Shown in pieces: positions 28,033 to 38,321 of a DNA stretch of 64,000 nucleotides. The position numbers and the translations under genes are program-made. The stretch spans positions 1 to 64,000 of the IMG/VR virus record IMGVR_UViG_3300042367_000583; one strand, written 5' to 3'. The notes beneath the pieces were generated by a model, which saw only the letters and a program-made list of their open reading frames with translations, did no database searches and was not told the origin of the DNA. This DNA comes from an uncultured virus (IMG/VR IMGVR_UViG_3300042367_000583). Lineage: Duplodnaviria; Heunggongvirae; Uroviricota; Caudoviricetes. Position 1 is the stretch's first letter; each line of letters opens with the position of its first letter.

Positions 28033-28443
28033 GTGGCAGAAAATGCAGGGATAATTACTAAACTCCAGGATTTTGTTGACGTTAATTGGGTTGCTAGTCG
28101 GTTGCAAAGCGAGATAGTAACTATTACGAACATTTCTGCTGCACAGCAAATTCCTGTTGCTTCTTTTCTAAGAGAAATTACTCTTTTAGAAGTGCGAAAT
28201 TTGCGTACAACCGTGGGAAGTGCTACAATGACTTTTAGCTTTGGTAGTGGTGCTTCTTTTGGGGCAATACCAGGACTGTCTAACCTATCTCTTACTACTG
28301 CCCGGGCTAATTTTACAGTATCTGGACAAGGACAAATTATTACTACTGCTCAAGAAATTCGATTCGATATTACCAGTGTCACTGGCGGACCACTGAGTAT
28401 CCTCTTTTTGTTAATTTTTCGCGAAACACCTTCGCTAACTTAA
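28033..28443 (+). CDS. Putative fibre-associated beta-sandwich protein
   Basis: Similar to the C-terminal domain of 51411..52076 (IPGLSNLSLTTAR vs VPGLNNLSITSTR). Confidence 0.5.
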   Translation: MAENAGIITKLQDFVDVNWVASRLQSEIVTITNISAAQQIPVASFLREITLLEVRNLRTTVGSATMTFSFGSGASFGAIPGLSNLSLTTARANFTVSGQGQIITTAQEIRFDITSVTGGPLSILFLLIFRETPSLT

Positions 28444-28878
28444 ATGCCTAATAGTTTAATTGCTCAAAGTTTATTCCTAAATAGTCCCGAATATATTGAA
28501 AGATACCAAATTGCATTAACAAATGTTTCTGGGTCTTTTAATGAAATGTCAACTGATCCAGCTTTTTTCGATAATCAAATCAAGCCTAGTTTAATCGATG
28601 ATAAATCTGTCCGATTTTATGTTTACAAAAGGATTTTATCAGAAATGATCGTTTTTAATCCTTATGTTAAATTAAATGTGGCTAAATTGGGAATGACGGC
28701 AGCAGTCTTTGGAGAAACTACAAGGCTTACTATTTCTGTTAATAGCGAAGGGAAATTAAATCCGATTTCTGAATCGGATATTTTACAAGCAGTAATAGAA
28801 CAATTCAACGACGAGAATCTGTTAGCTCAATTGTTGAATCAAAATATTCTCAAAGTGTCTGCGGTTTTTAATAATTAG
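28444..28878 (+). CDS. Hypothetical protein
   Basis: Coupled ORF in the fibre operon. Confidence 0.6.
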   Translation: MPNSLIAQSLFLNSPEYIERYQIALTNVSGSFNEMSTDPAFFDNQIKPSLIDDKSVRFYVYKRILSEMIVFNPYVKLNVAKLGMTAAVFGETTRLTISVNSEGKLNPISESDILQAVIEQFNDENLLAQLLNQNILKVSAVFNN

Positions 28879-28897
28879 TTCTTGTAGGAGTTTTGTT

Positions 28898-29128
28898 ATG
28901 TTTGAATCTAAAAAATCACAAAAATCGCAATTGTGGACACCAGTAGAACTAAAATCTAAAAGACTTTATCTCTGGTTTGACGCTACTGATAATACTACTT
29001 TTGGTTGCGATAAAAATAATAGTATTTTTATCTTAAAAGGTGGAAGTAATCAGCATTTTCTACAAAAAGTATTTGCTTTCTTTAGAAAAGCAGTAATTAA
29101 TTTGATAGCGATTTTTAAAGGTCCGTAA
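28898..29128 (+). CDS. Truncated paralog of the 29135..29869 N-terminus
   Basis: LWTP.EL....LWFDATD vs LWTPANL...VWFDAAD. Confidence 0.55.
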   Translation: MFESKKSQKSQLWTPVELKSKRLYLWFDATDNTTFGCDKNNSIFILKGGSNQHFLQKVFAFFRKAVINLIAIFKGP

Positions 29129-29134
29129 TTTTAA

Positions 29135-29869
29135 TTGATGCTAATAATTGACGCTAGTCCCCGATTATGGACACCCGCAAATCTACCTGGGCTTTCAGTG
29201 TGGTTTGATGCAGCGGACCTGTCCACCATCACGGCGACCAGTGGCGGCGGTGTGACCGAGTGGCGCGACAAAAGCGGGTTTCAACGCAATGTGACCGTGC
29301 CGGACCTAGTAAATGCCCCTACGCTGCGACAAAATGTTCAAAACGGCTTGCCGGCCATCGACTGGGGGGCATCGATAAATAATTTGGTTCTGCGCAACCT
29401 CGCGGTTTCCAACTTCAATCCGACGCGTTACCTGATCGTCGCCCATTACGAAGGACCGAACCCTTTTAATGGGGTTTTCGGTTTGGTTGCACACAACGGT
29501 AGCCTAACCGAACTTATTGTTACGGGTGGCGGCGGTACTACTTGGATCACTGGCTCATTTTTTCATAACGGTGCCACCTCGGCGACCCAAACGGCTTTGC
29601 CGACAATTAGCCAGCCTTTCGTTGTAGCGTCAAATTTCGCGCATAGTGCCAACAGAACCAGTCTCTTTATCGGCAATGATCGGTTTTTTACGGGGTTTAC
29701 GCGCGGCTGGCGCGGCAAGATTTTCGAGGTCGTGGGGATAGATTTCGTCTGGTCGTTGGCGCTCCGCCAACGAGCGGAAGGATACGCAGCATGGAAATGG
29801 GGTCTAACCGCTAACCTACCCGCCGCGCATCCTTTCAAAAACCGTCCGCCTCTTGTGTCTGATATTTAA
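29135..29869 (+). CDS. LamG/ConA-like receptor-binding or fibre protein with a high-GC body
   Basis: WFDAAD, WRDKSG, NGLPAI, GKIFEV, EGYAAWKWG, LPAAHPFK motifs. Confidence 0.7.
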   Translation: MMLIIDASPRLWTPANLPGLSVWFDAADLSTITATSGGGVTEWRDKSGFQRNVTVPDLVNAPTLRQNVQNGLPAIDWGASINNLVLRNLAVSNFNPTRYLIVAHYEGPNPFNGVFGLVAHNGSLTELIVTGGGGTTWITGSFFHNGATSATQTALPTISQPFVVASNFAHSANRTSLFIGNDRFFTGFTRGWRGKIFEVVGIDFVWSLALRQRAEGYAAWKWGLTANLPAAHPFKNRPPLVSDI

Positions 29870-29906
29870 GGTAAAATAAAATCAGAAAATATTTGGAGAA
29901 TTTAAA

Positions 29907-30077
29907 TTGAATTACAGAAAATATTTAGCTGAAATTAGTATTCCACCAGCAGAAGTTATCACATGGCAAGATAAGAGTGGCAATAATAACCACCTTTTAG
30001 CACAACCGAAAAAAGGTGGCATCAACGGCTTTCTGTCTTATCGAGCGATGCTGTTAAATATCATCCCATCCCGTTAA
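29907..30077 (+). pseudogene. Second relic fragment of the same LamG-like family
   Basis: Manual translation EVITWQDKSGNNNHL matches GVTEWRDKSGFQRNV. Confidence 0.5.
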
Positions 30078-31121
30078 TCCAGAAGACATAACATAACTGG
30101 TAACAGTAGCTTCAAAAAAGTTCGACTTAGTGTGACCTTCTCCTTGAGTATCAGAGAATTTCTCTAAATGGGAATAGGGAGATTTTTTGTATTTATCTTC
30201 AGCAAAAATTGGATTTAAACCAATAGCTTTTAGCCGAATATTGGCAAGGTATTTGGTATAGTGATCTATACTTTCTTCAGTAATTCCTAGTATTTGATTA
30301 CCGATAATATGGTTAGACCAATTAATTTCTTGATTAACAGCCTCTAAAAATGAACTTGCTATACCTTTTTTAATTGACTCTTTTGGAAATAGACGCAATG
30401 CTTCTACAATTAATTTTTGATACAAACGGACGTGACTTAATTCGTCCCGGTTGATCATTTTGAAAACGTCAGCACTTCCAGCCATTAGCTGTCGAGAAGC
30501 TAAATTATAAAAATACTGGAACCCATTATAGAAATACAGTCCTTCTAGAATATAATTAGCAACAAGAGAACCAAAATAATTACTCTGTGTTGGACTATTA
30601 ATATATTGCTGATAAGAACTAGCAATAAATTCACAGCGATTTCTAAGAATTTTATCGGTGCGCCATAAATCATAAATTTCGCCTCTGCGATCCGAGGGAA
30701 TAATAGTCTCAATCAAGTATTGATAACTTTGATTGTGCATTGCCTCTTGAGAGATTTGTTCTGCCATACAAAGGCTGATCTCTGGGGCTGTGACGCAAGA
30801 TTTTAAGTGAGGAATATTACAGGTTTGTACAGAATCAAGAAAAGTCAAATAAGACAAAATACCATCATAGGCACGTTTTTCGTCAGGGGTTAGATTGTTA
30901 TAATCAGTCACGTCTTGGGTGACATCTATTTTTTGCGGGATCCAAAAATTCTCACGCATCTGTTGATACAAACTTACAGCCCAAGCATAGCGAACATCAT
31001 TTAATTGCATCAAGTTAGTAGTGTTACCAAACCAGATCGAACGGTTTATGATCGCATCATCCCCCGATGGATTGAAGATCGGGGAAATGGGCATTTTATT
31101 GTTAAGACTGATCAATGACAT
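30054..31121 (-). CDS. nrdB: Ribonucleotide reductase class I beta subunit
   Basis: FW.P, DSVQ, EAMHNQSY, LEG..FY.GF, RDELSH, NFFE. Confidence 0.95.
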   Translation of the reverse strand: MSLISLNNKMPISPIFNPSGDDAIINRSIWFGNTTNLMQLNDVRYAWAVSLYQQMRENFWIPQKIDVTQDVTDYNNLTPDEKRAYDGILSYLTFLDSVQTCNIPHLKSCVTAPEISLCMAEQISQEAMHNQSYQYLIETIIPSDRRGEIYDLWRTDKILRNRCEFIASSYQQYINSPTQSNYFGSLVANYILEGLYFYNGFQYFYNLASRQLMAGSADVFKMINRDELSHVRLYQKLIVEALRLFPKESIKKGIASSFLEAVNQEINWSNHIIGNQILGITEESIDHYTKYLANIRLKAIGLNPIFAEDKYKKSPYSHLEKFSDTQGEGHTKSNFFEATVTSYVMSSGLTGWDDI

Positions 31122-31130
31122 AGTTTTACT

Positions 31131-31412
31131 TTACTTTAGCTCCCAGTCTCTACATTGTACACAAGAAATAGAAGGATTTACACTACATTTCAGATTAAAA
31201 TCTTTATGGGTTTCAGGATTATAATATTTACAAGAACTAATCCGATTATATTCAGCTATTGAATAGCATTTAAATTGTTTAACTGTGTAGATTAAATTGG
31301 TCTTAAATCCAAAAAACACTCTACACAAGACAACAGCAAAAATTAAAGCAGTATAAAGTAAAAATATACTTAATACAATAGCTGCTAGAAAGTTAATAAT
31401 TATTATTGCCAT
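31131..31412 (-). CDS. Membrane protein with C-terminal Cys cluster (DUF6464-like)
   Basis: TM segment plus SCKY...LKCSVNP..SC..C.D. Confidence 0.55.
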   Translation of the reverse strand: MAIIIINFLAAIVLSIFLLYTALIFAVVLCRVFFGFKTNLIYTVKQFKCYSIAEYNRISSCKYYNPETHKDFNLKCSVNPSISCVQCRDWELK

Positions 31413-31578
31413 GATGATTATTTATTTTTTCGAGTATTGATAAAATCTTCAAAAGCTTCAATGAATCCAAGAATAAAACTAATTGTATAAAACATAATAA
31501 AAGCAACAATTAGTACAAGTATTGTGAATATTACAATAGCCACAATAAATAGAATGACAGAAAAAATGACATTCATGG

Positions 31579-33831
31579 TTAATTAGCGCAACTAGAGCAG
31601 CTATCTTTAAAGTTATCCTTTTGAACAGTCCGCACATAATACACTGCTTTACAGCCTGATTCCCACGCTAAGATTAAAGTCTCATAAATTTCTTTAGCTG
31701 TTAATGCGCGGTTAGGTTCATCAGGAAAATAAACTCCCTGATTAAGATTAAATAGTAATTCCATAGAAATCCCTGTATCAATCCATTTTTGCATTTCAGC
31801 AATTGCCTGAACGACAACCTTTTGATCAAGATTTTGATTCTCTTGGTAATACCAAAAAGAATATTTAATAAAAGGAGGACAATTAGGAATAGCGCCTTTT
31901 GAGTTCTTTTCTGTAAATACCCGCTTGAAGACGGGTAAAACACTGGCAGTACAGCCTTGAATTAGTGAGGATGTGGTATTGGGTGCTATGGCAGTAATAT
32001 GAGAGTTCCTAATGCCGTAGCGTTGCACATTAACAGCTAATTTATACCAATGATAAATATCTTCACAGTTTAACTTAAACCATTCTAATGCTTTACTCCC
32101 TAGTAATTTACCTTGACTCCATTCACTACCAGAAAAAGCTTGATAAGCACCGCGTTCTTTAGCCAATCTCATCGAAGCGTGAGTACAGTAATAGCTAATT
32201 CTTTCAAATAAATCACTGATAGATTTAAAGTCTTTATAAGATAATTTTTGTTTAGCTAACCAATCAGCTAATCCCATAACTCCGACTCCAATTGTTCGAT
32301 AGCGGTCATTGTGTTCTTTAGCCTCGCTAATTGGGGGATAGGTTAAGTCAATAGTATTATCAAGCATTCTGACAGCAAGGTGACACATTTCCGCTAAATT
32401 AGCACCAGTTTCAATATTAGCAAGATTAAGACTAACTAAATTACAGCAATGGGCTGTTTTACCCGGCGTGACATTAGAAAAGCTCTCACAGCATAAATTT
32501 ACACCAGGGATATATCCGTCATGTTTATTGGGATTAGCGCGATTGATAGTGTCTTTAAAGGCAAGATAAGGCATACCCGTCTCAATCTGAGAGCGCATAA
32601 TATCTTTAAATAACTCTCTAGCGTTAACTTTTCTGTAGAGAGTAATTTCTGTCCCTAGATTATCTTCAATTAATTTGTAGGCATCTTCAAATTTTTCACC
32701 CCATAGTTCTGCTAATTCTATGCCTAATTCCGTCCGAACTTGATAGGGATCGACTAATGTCCACTCAGATTTAGTTATCACCCGACGCATAAATTCATCG
32801 GTGATAACTAATTGGGGAAAAACATCATAAGCTTTGCGTCTTTGATCACCGTTTTCTGTCTGCATTTCTAGAAATTCTGGCACGTCTAAATGCCAAATAT
32901 CAACCCCGACGGTGACAGCCCCGGCGCGTCTTCCCCCTTGATTTACTGCGATAGCTGTATCGTTGAGTAATTTAATCCACGGTATAATCCCCCCAGAAGC
33001 ATTAGCTTTACCCATAACCGAGCTACCAGTGGCACGAATTCTACTCACATTCACCCCAACACCGCCGCCATTTTTAGAGATGCGAGCAGTATTAGTAATC
33101 TCGCTAAAAATACTCTCTAAATCGTCCTCCATTGCTACAATGAAGCAACTACTTAAAGAACCGTTAGGGGTTCTTAGATTGCCTAGAATTGGAGTAGCTA
33201 GAGAGATTTTTCTTTGAGCTATAGCTAGGTAGATTTGATGGGTAAGTTGTAATCTATCTTCTGGCTTTTTCTCTACACTGGCAAGTAATAGAGCGCAAGT
33301 CAGGAAAGCCTCTTGAGGTAATTCACAATCAAGCAAATACCTTTCTGATAGCATGATCCCACCAGCATAATCGAAATCTTTATCGTATTCTGGATATATC
33401 CACTCTCCTGCGATCTCTAAATCTTTTTCATCATAGATTTCCGTAATTTTTGAATCATAAACACCCCTCTCCACTTGCCATTGGACATATTTAGCGTAGT
33501 CGGTTCCTTCTAATCTCCTGAAAACCGTGCGAGATAAATAGCCGCCAAATTCTCTTTTAATCCTTGTATCTTTCCATAATCCCCAGATGTGAAGTCTTCC
33601 AGCTATATACTTCCAATCGGTTTCTTCTACACAAAACAATTGTGTGGCAACATTGATTAAATTTTCTTGAATTTCTCGCGTAGTAATGCCATCTCGTAAT
33701 CGAGAAGTTAATCCTGATTCTAAAGCGAGGGGATTGACATCTAACCCTTCACACGCCCATTCAACTACTCGTCGAATTTTAGTAATGTCTAAAGGACGAG
33801 TTTCTCCACTTCTTTGAATTACGTTAATCAT
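31579..33831 (-). CDS. nrdA: Ribonucleotide reductase alpha subunit with ATP cone
   Basis: VIQRSG ATP cone, ATP...N, SSCF, NLCCE, APNTTSS, C-terminal CSSC. Confidence 0.95.
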   Translation of the reverse strand: MINVIQRSGETRPLDITKIRRVVEWACEGLDVNPLALESGLTSRLRDGITTREIQENLINVATQLFCVEETDWKYIAGRLHIWGLWKDTRIKREFGGYLSRTVFRRLEGTDYAKYVQWQVERGVYDSKITEIYDEKDLEIAGEWIYPEYDKDFDYAGGIMLSERYLLDCELPQEAFLTCALLLASVEKKPEDRLQLTHQIYLAIAQRKISLATPILGNLRTPNGSLSSCFIVAMEDDLESIFSEITNTARISKNGGGVGVNVSRIRATGSSVMGKANASGGIIPWIKLLNDTAIAVNQGGRRAGAVTVGVDIWHLDVPEFLEMQTENGDQRRKAYDVFPQLVITDEFMRRVITKSEWTLVDPYQVRTELGIELAELWGEKFEDAYKLIEDNLGTEITLYRKVNARELFKDIMRSQIETGMPYLAFKDTINRANPNKHDGYIPGVNLCCESFSNVTPGKTAHCCNLVSLNLANIETGANLAEMCHLAVRMLDNTIDLTYPPISEAKEHNDRYRTIGVGVMGLADWLAKQKLSYKDFKSISDLFERISYYCTHASMRLAKERGAYQAFSGSEWSQGKLLGSKALEWFKLNCEDIYHWYKLAVNVQRYGIRNSHITAIAPNTTSSLIQGCTASVLPVFKRVFTEKNSKGAIPNCPPFIKYSFWYYQENQNLDQKVVVQAIAEMQKWIDTGISMELLFNLNQGVYFPDEPNRALTAKEIYETLILAWESGCKAVYYVRTVQKDNFKDSCSSCAN

Positions 33832-33868
33832 TTATTTACTCCTAATTTTTAATTTTACTTTAATAATC

Positions 33869-34102
33869 CTAGCGTTCATTCGATATTAGGACGGTCATTT
33901 TTTCTGATTTTTCGTAAGTCGCTTCTATAGCTTTATCAATCCAAGCATTGATTTGATCATGCCTAATTTTTCCATAGTCGGTTTCATCGTAAACTTTATT
34001 TTCACTCTTAATTCCTATATTTGAATAAAGTAATAAGAAATTGTATAAATCAATTTCGTTGACCGATTGTATTAACTCTGTAAGAACTTGTTTAGCGTCC
34101 AT
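33869..34102 (-). CDS. Hypothetical protein
   Basis: ORF within the operon. Confidence 0.55.
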   Translation of the reverse strand: MDAKQVLTELIQSVNEIDLYNFLLLYSNIGIKSENKVYDETDYGKIRHDQINAWIDKAIEATYEKSEKMTVLISNER

Positions 34103-34104
34103 TG

Positions 34105-35646
34105 TTATTTATCCTGAGTGTAATTCGTTTTTTGTTGAGATGCCCGTTCAATTTCTCTAGCTAGGTAGCCGATATGAAAAGATTGAATACTGGGACAATC
34201 GGCAATTATTTGACGGATTAGCTTCAAAGGATTCTTACCTTCCCATTTTCCCACAAATTCACCGTTAGGGGTTAGCTGACTGACTGTGATATTATTGCCA
34301 TCTGTTTCTACTAAGAAGTTACCAGCAGGGTCACTGTAGCCTCGAAACTCTTGACTAATAATTGATTGGTATTGATTGTTAATTAACTGTTCTACGGTTT
34401 CCCAACAGTCATCGTAAATATGGGCTGATTGACTAATAGTAATCAGTGGACCCATTGTTAAATCGTACTCAGATTCACTAGCAATTTCGTCTCTGATATG
34501 ATGCTGTAAAGCCCGTAATCCCATTGCATTAGCTGGCCAAGCGGAAAACATATCATTACTTCTAAAGGTAGCTGTCAGGGATAGTTCATTATCTACTACT
34601 CTTACCCAAATGTGATTAAGGCAAGGTGAACCGCCGTGATTATGATCTGAGTCACCCCCTTTTCTTTCTCCTCGCACGATTGTATGATAATCGTGTCCAC
34701 GCCAACTGTTATGTTCGGCAAGTATTTGATAGTTTCCACTCCCGCTATCCCAGAGGGACATAACGGCACTAGCTGAGTCAATTTCTTTGATTAATTTGCC
34801 GATAACTGCTTTAATCTGGTCTTGACCAAACCAAGAGCGTAATCGTTGACCGTAGGTATATTTAACTCCTTCCCGATAATTGGCATCATCAAGTATTTGT
34901 GGGATATAGTTCTTTAGATATTCTCTATCTAAAGGTAAGTAATTAGGTTCTGGAAAATAAAAGTCTTCTGGTTCATCGGTAACTATCGCCATTAAATCGA
35001 TTAATTCTTGCCATTTACCGTCATAGCCAGTAGGTCTGATAGTGCCAGTAGTTTTGATTCTTTGCAGTATTTTTATCCAAGTTTCAGCAATGGTTTTATC
35101 TTCAATCCGATGACCATATCGTGGTCCGGGTTTTACTTCTGATGTAGGTTCATTGTAGGGAAAAACCATCGGTTCTGCCCACAAACCAAGGTTTCCTACT
35201 TTTACTATTGATTTTATATCTATATCCCGTTCAAGATTTGGTATTAAAATCATAGAATATCGTAATTGATTTAAAACTTCTAAAGGAATATCTATATCGA
35301 TATATCCTTTTACTAAAGAATCAATTACCCAGCACTCTTTCCCTACATAATTCTTCCCTCTATAAACTCCATTCTCAAAAAAGTCTTTTAGACATTGAAC
35401 GCTACCAGAATTTTTGTCTTCTTGGGTTAAATCCATTACAACAAGATAACGAACGTGAGGATTGGCCAATAAATTACGGACTAAAAAGTTAATTCCCCTC
35501 GACGCGCTATAAAGATTGCCAATTACGGCATAATCAGAGGGATCGAGTTTTGCGGCTACTGACTTAGCAGGAGTCCATCCTGTACAGATAGCAGTATAGC
35601 CACTGCCTAAAATCAACTGATTGGGCTTGTAGATTGCATTAAACAT
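34105..35646 (-). CDS. thyA: Thymidylate synthase, cyanobacterial type (MtrA-like N-domain + ThyA + DUF4346)
   Basis: YTYGQR, SPCL, FRSND...AWPAN, SAHIY; C-terminal DPAGNF...H..YL.RE. Confidence 0.85.
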   Translation of the reverse strand: MFNAIYKPNQLILGSGYTAICTGWTPAKSVAAKLDPSDYAVIGNLYSASRGINFLVRNLLANPHVRYLVVMDLTQEDKNSGSVQCLKDFFENGVYRGKNYVGKECWVIDSLVKGYIDIDIPLEVLNQLRYSMILIPNLERDIDIKSIVKVGNLGLWAEPMVFPYNEPTSEVKPGPRYGHRIEDKTIAETWIKILQRIKTTGTIRPTGYDGKWQELIDLMAIVTDEPEDFYFPEPNYLPLDREYLKNYIPQILDDANYREGVKYTYGQRLRSWFGQDQIKAVIGKLIKEIDSASAVMSLWDSGSGNYQILAEHNSWRGHDYHTIVRGERKGGDSDHNHGGSPCLNHIWVRVVDNELSLTATFRSNDMFSAWPANAMGLRALQHHIRDEIASESEYDLTMGPLITISQSAHIYDDCWETVEQLINNQYQSIISQEFRGYSDPAGNFLVETDGNNITVSQLTPNGEFVGKWEGKNPLKLIRQIIADCPSIQSFHIGYLAREIERASQQKTNYTQDK

Positions 35647-35931
35647 TGGCTTTTCCTTTTTCTTTAATATTGGGTTGCTTCCAGGTTTCTATTTCTTTTA
35701 GAAATAAATCAGATTTAGGTTTCCAGTTTTCTATTTCTTCTAGAAGCAAGTCCAGTTTTGCGTTGATTTCTTCAAGAGTCATAATTGATTTTACCTCTAC
35801 TTTGTTCAAGAGATTTTATTTCTGCTAATGTTTTTTTGATTGATTCTTTTTCATCGGCAAGCAATTCTCTTACTTCTTGAAAAAGAATTGATATTCTTTT
35901 GTCAATTTCTGTGATAGTCATAAGTCCCTCT

Positions 35932-36192
35932 TTATTGAGGTCTAACAAATACATGATGTACCAATCCAGCTAGTTGATAAGTTCCAATGTATTGTCCTTT
36001 TTCATCTATCCAATAGCTACCAGTATAGTAAGTCAAAATATAAAAAATCCTCTTAGGTTCTTCTGTTTCTACTAATGCCCAAAGTGTAGGAATATTATTC
36101 TGCAACTGAACGCATAATATCTCTGCGTTTAAAGGCATTTCAATCTCGCGACAAGGAGTTGTATCTATAGGGTACTTCCAGATGGTTCTCAT
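35932..36192 (-). CDS. Conserved phage hypothetical protein
   Basis: TIWKY...P..AEILCVQ.Q...LWALV...YIGT...V.HVF pattern. Confidence 0.7.
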   Translation of the reverse strand: MRTIWKYPIDTTPCREIEMPLNAEILCVQLQNNIPTLWALVETEEPKRIFYILTYYTGSYWIDEKGQYIGTYQLAGLVHHVFVRPQ

Positions 36193-36247
36193 TGGTTTTT
36201 TGGGTTAGTGTACATTGATCCGATAACCGATAACCGGCACTGTAGTA

Positions 36248-36451
36248 TTACTCTGGTTTTTGCCACAGACTATCACCTAATCCCCATTGATGTTTAAGAA
36301 AAGCTTTGTACATATTTTCTCTGACCATCATTTGTTCGTAAAGCTTGATCAGGAAATCCTGCGCTTGCTCCTGACTCATTTTTTCTACCTGAGACTGAAA
36401 AGAACGAATATTGAACTGCTGTTCTAAAGAAAGTTCGATAGGTTGAGACAT
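36248..36451 (-). CDS. nblA: Phycobilisome degradation protein NblA
   Basis: LSLEQQFNIRSF..QV.KMS.EQAQDFL..LYEQMM.RE..Y...LKHQW; start at 36451 with TTAGGAG RBS. Confidence 0.95.
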   Translation of the reverse strand: MSQPIELSLEQQFNIRSFQSQVEKMSQEQAQDFLIKLYEQMMVRENMYKAFLKHQWGLGDSLWQKPE

Positions 36452-36464
36452 GATTACTCCTAAG

Positions 36465-36659
36465 TTAAAATTCAGACTCTTCTTTTTGAGGTTCAAATCT
36501 ATTATCAAAGTCTTCCAACGTTTGTTTTAGACAATGATAAAAGCCGTTAAATTCGTCAAAAGGTTCCCAGTCTTTTTCGTGATGTTTGAGTAGCTTTCTT
36601 GCTAACTCTGGTTCAATGGGAACATAGATGTAATCTTCTAGCGTGAATTTATCTTCCAC
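36465..36659 (-). CDS. Hypothetical protein
   Basis: GGAG RBS, within the operon. Confidence 0.6.
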   Translation of the reverse strand: MEDKFTLEDYIYVPIEPELARKLLKHHEKDWEPFDEFNGFYHCLKQTLEDFDNRFEPQKEESEF

Positions 36660-36945
36660 TGTCTAACTCCTCCCAAAAATTGTCAAAACAAGTGATTTTC
36701 ATCTCTAATCTTCTGTCAAATAAATCTTGAAAATTAGGATTATCAATTTCTTTTTTTATTCTATCAGAGTATTCATGTACAAAAGAAATAATGTTTTCAA
36801 GGCTGATAGCATTGTTAGCTTCATCTTGATAATATTGTTCTTTTTCAGCATCCGACATTTTATCCCAAATTTGACTTCTTAATTCTATTAAGTCTTTTTT
36901 GGTTTTTTCTACAAAAGCAAGTCTAGCTTTAATTCTATTTTCCAT
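36649..36945 (-). CDS. Hypothetical protein flanked by ~61-bp direct repeats
   Basis: 36663..36723 resembles 36949..37009. Confidence 0.65.
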   Translation of the reverse strand: MENRIKARLAFVEKTKKDLIELRSQIWDKMSDAEKEQYYQDEANNAISLENIISFVHEYSDRIKKEIDNPNFQDLFDRRLEMKITCFDNFWEELDSGR

Positions 36946-37017
36946 TGCCTAACTCCTTCCCAAAATTATCAAAACAGGTGATTTTCACCTCTAATCTTCT
37001 ATCGAATAAGACTCGTT

Positions 37018-37221
37018 TCACCGATACTTTTCCACTAAATAATCAATATACGATTCTTTGGGGTCTTCTGAGCCTAAATCAACAACCCCCACTAAGTTTC
37101 TTGTCCAAGAATCAAGATCGCTTATGTTAGGGAATGAGAGTAGGTGATTTTTTGCTTTGTCTTTTACTATCGCAATATTTAACATGAAAAATGTTAAATC
37201 TATCAGTAATTGTTTTGACAT
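37018..37221 (-). CDS. Hypothetical protein
   Basis: C-terminal Y.DYL.EKY, as in small cyanobacterial antitoxin-like proteins. Confidence 0.5.
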   Translation of the reverse strand: MSKQLLIDLTFFMLNIAIVKDKAKNHLLSFPNISDLDSWTRNLVGVVDLGSEDPKESYIDYLVEKYR

Positions 37222-37274
37222 AATTTTATCTTGTTTCTACAAATTTACCATAATTAAACTATACGCCTTCTTAC

Positions 37275-37766
37275 TTGAATTGTCAAGATAATTTTGATAC
37301 ACTAAGATTAGAAAAATTTATATTAATACAAATGTTCGACAGTGCTATTGGAGTTGCGGGGAAATTTCTAGAAAATCCCACAATTAAGGCTAATGCCTCT
37401 CTATCCTTTTCCGTGGCTACAGGCTCGACTATAACTACAGATAGCGTAGGCAATCCGATCATAAGCCCTGCAGCGATGGAATCCGTAGTAATTACCTGTT
37501 GGTTGCAGCAGTCAAAACCGCCTGTAGCAGAAGTACAAGAAGGTAGTTATCTCGATTGTGAATATTTTGAGGGAAGATTAGTAAAGCCTAAAGATTACCC
37601 GCTCCCAATCAGGACTACAGGGGAACTACAAGTAACAATTAATGGCAGAATCGGTCTTGTCAGGCAGTTAAATGTGTTTGAGTCTCCAACAAGTCAACAG
37701 TTAGGAATTGCCGCAAAACTAGGACGGAGAATTAAACTTTATGCAAGATTTGATCAGGGTAGTTAA
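37275..37766 (+). CDS. Putative head-closure / stopper protein
   Basis: TTDSVGNP motif; near the connector gene; true start probably at MFDS. Confidence 0.45.
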   Translation: MNCQDNFDTLRLEKFILIQMFDSAIGVAGKFLENPTIKANASLSFSVATGSTITTDSVGNPIISPAAMESVVITCWLQQSKPPVAEVQEGSYLDCEYFEGRLVKPKDYPLPIRTTGELQVTINGRIGLVRQLNVFESPTSQQLGIAAKLGRRIKLYARFDQGS

Positions 37767-37910
37767 GCACCGGAACCTTTTAAGTAGCCGAGGTATCCTG
37801 AAACAATTGCTACGATAACATTGCCGTAGGTGTCAGTAGTTTCAGGAGTAAAGAAAGAATGAATCAAGCAGGCGAAAACAATTAAAACACAGACAATAGA
37901 CGGGTCTAAC

Positions 37911-38321
37911 TTAAGATATGACATTGCTGTTATCATCCTCTATAAAAATTTTGTTTAGAATTGGTTTATCACTAATTGTTAACTTTAATTCGTCTTTCGT
38001 CCATTTTGTGAATATTGAATCGTATCCATAGATATATTTTAAGTTGTCATTAACGATAACCCCCGCTTTTTTTAGCCCATCATTGACATATTTTGCGCTA
38101 CCGCAAACATTATCAGGGTCACGTCCAAAGTTTTTAATTCGCCATTCGTAAAGCATCCATACTTTGTCAGGAAAACATGGAATTTCTTGTTCTATAATAA
38201 GTTTTTGTATATTAAAATCCCATTCTTTTTTAGTAGTTGCGCTTTTAAACTTGTTTGCGCGGGCTAATCTTATTTGATCATTAAGAGTCGGCGGAAGTGG
38301 ACAGATAAAAATTGCTCTCAT
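37911..38321 (-). CDS. rusA: RusA-like Holliday junction resolvase
   Basis: PPTLN...RDPDN...K...DGL..AGVI.ND. Confidence 0.8.
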   Translation of the reverse strand: MRAIFICPLPPTLNDQIRLARANKFKSATTKKEWDFNIQKLIIEQEIPCFPDKVWMLYEWRIKNFGRDPDNVCGSAKYVNDGLKKAGVIVNDNLKYIYGYDSIFTKWTKDELKLTISDKPILNKIFIEDDNSNVIS

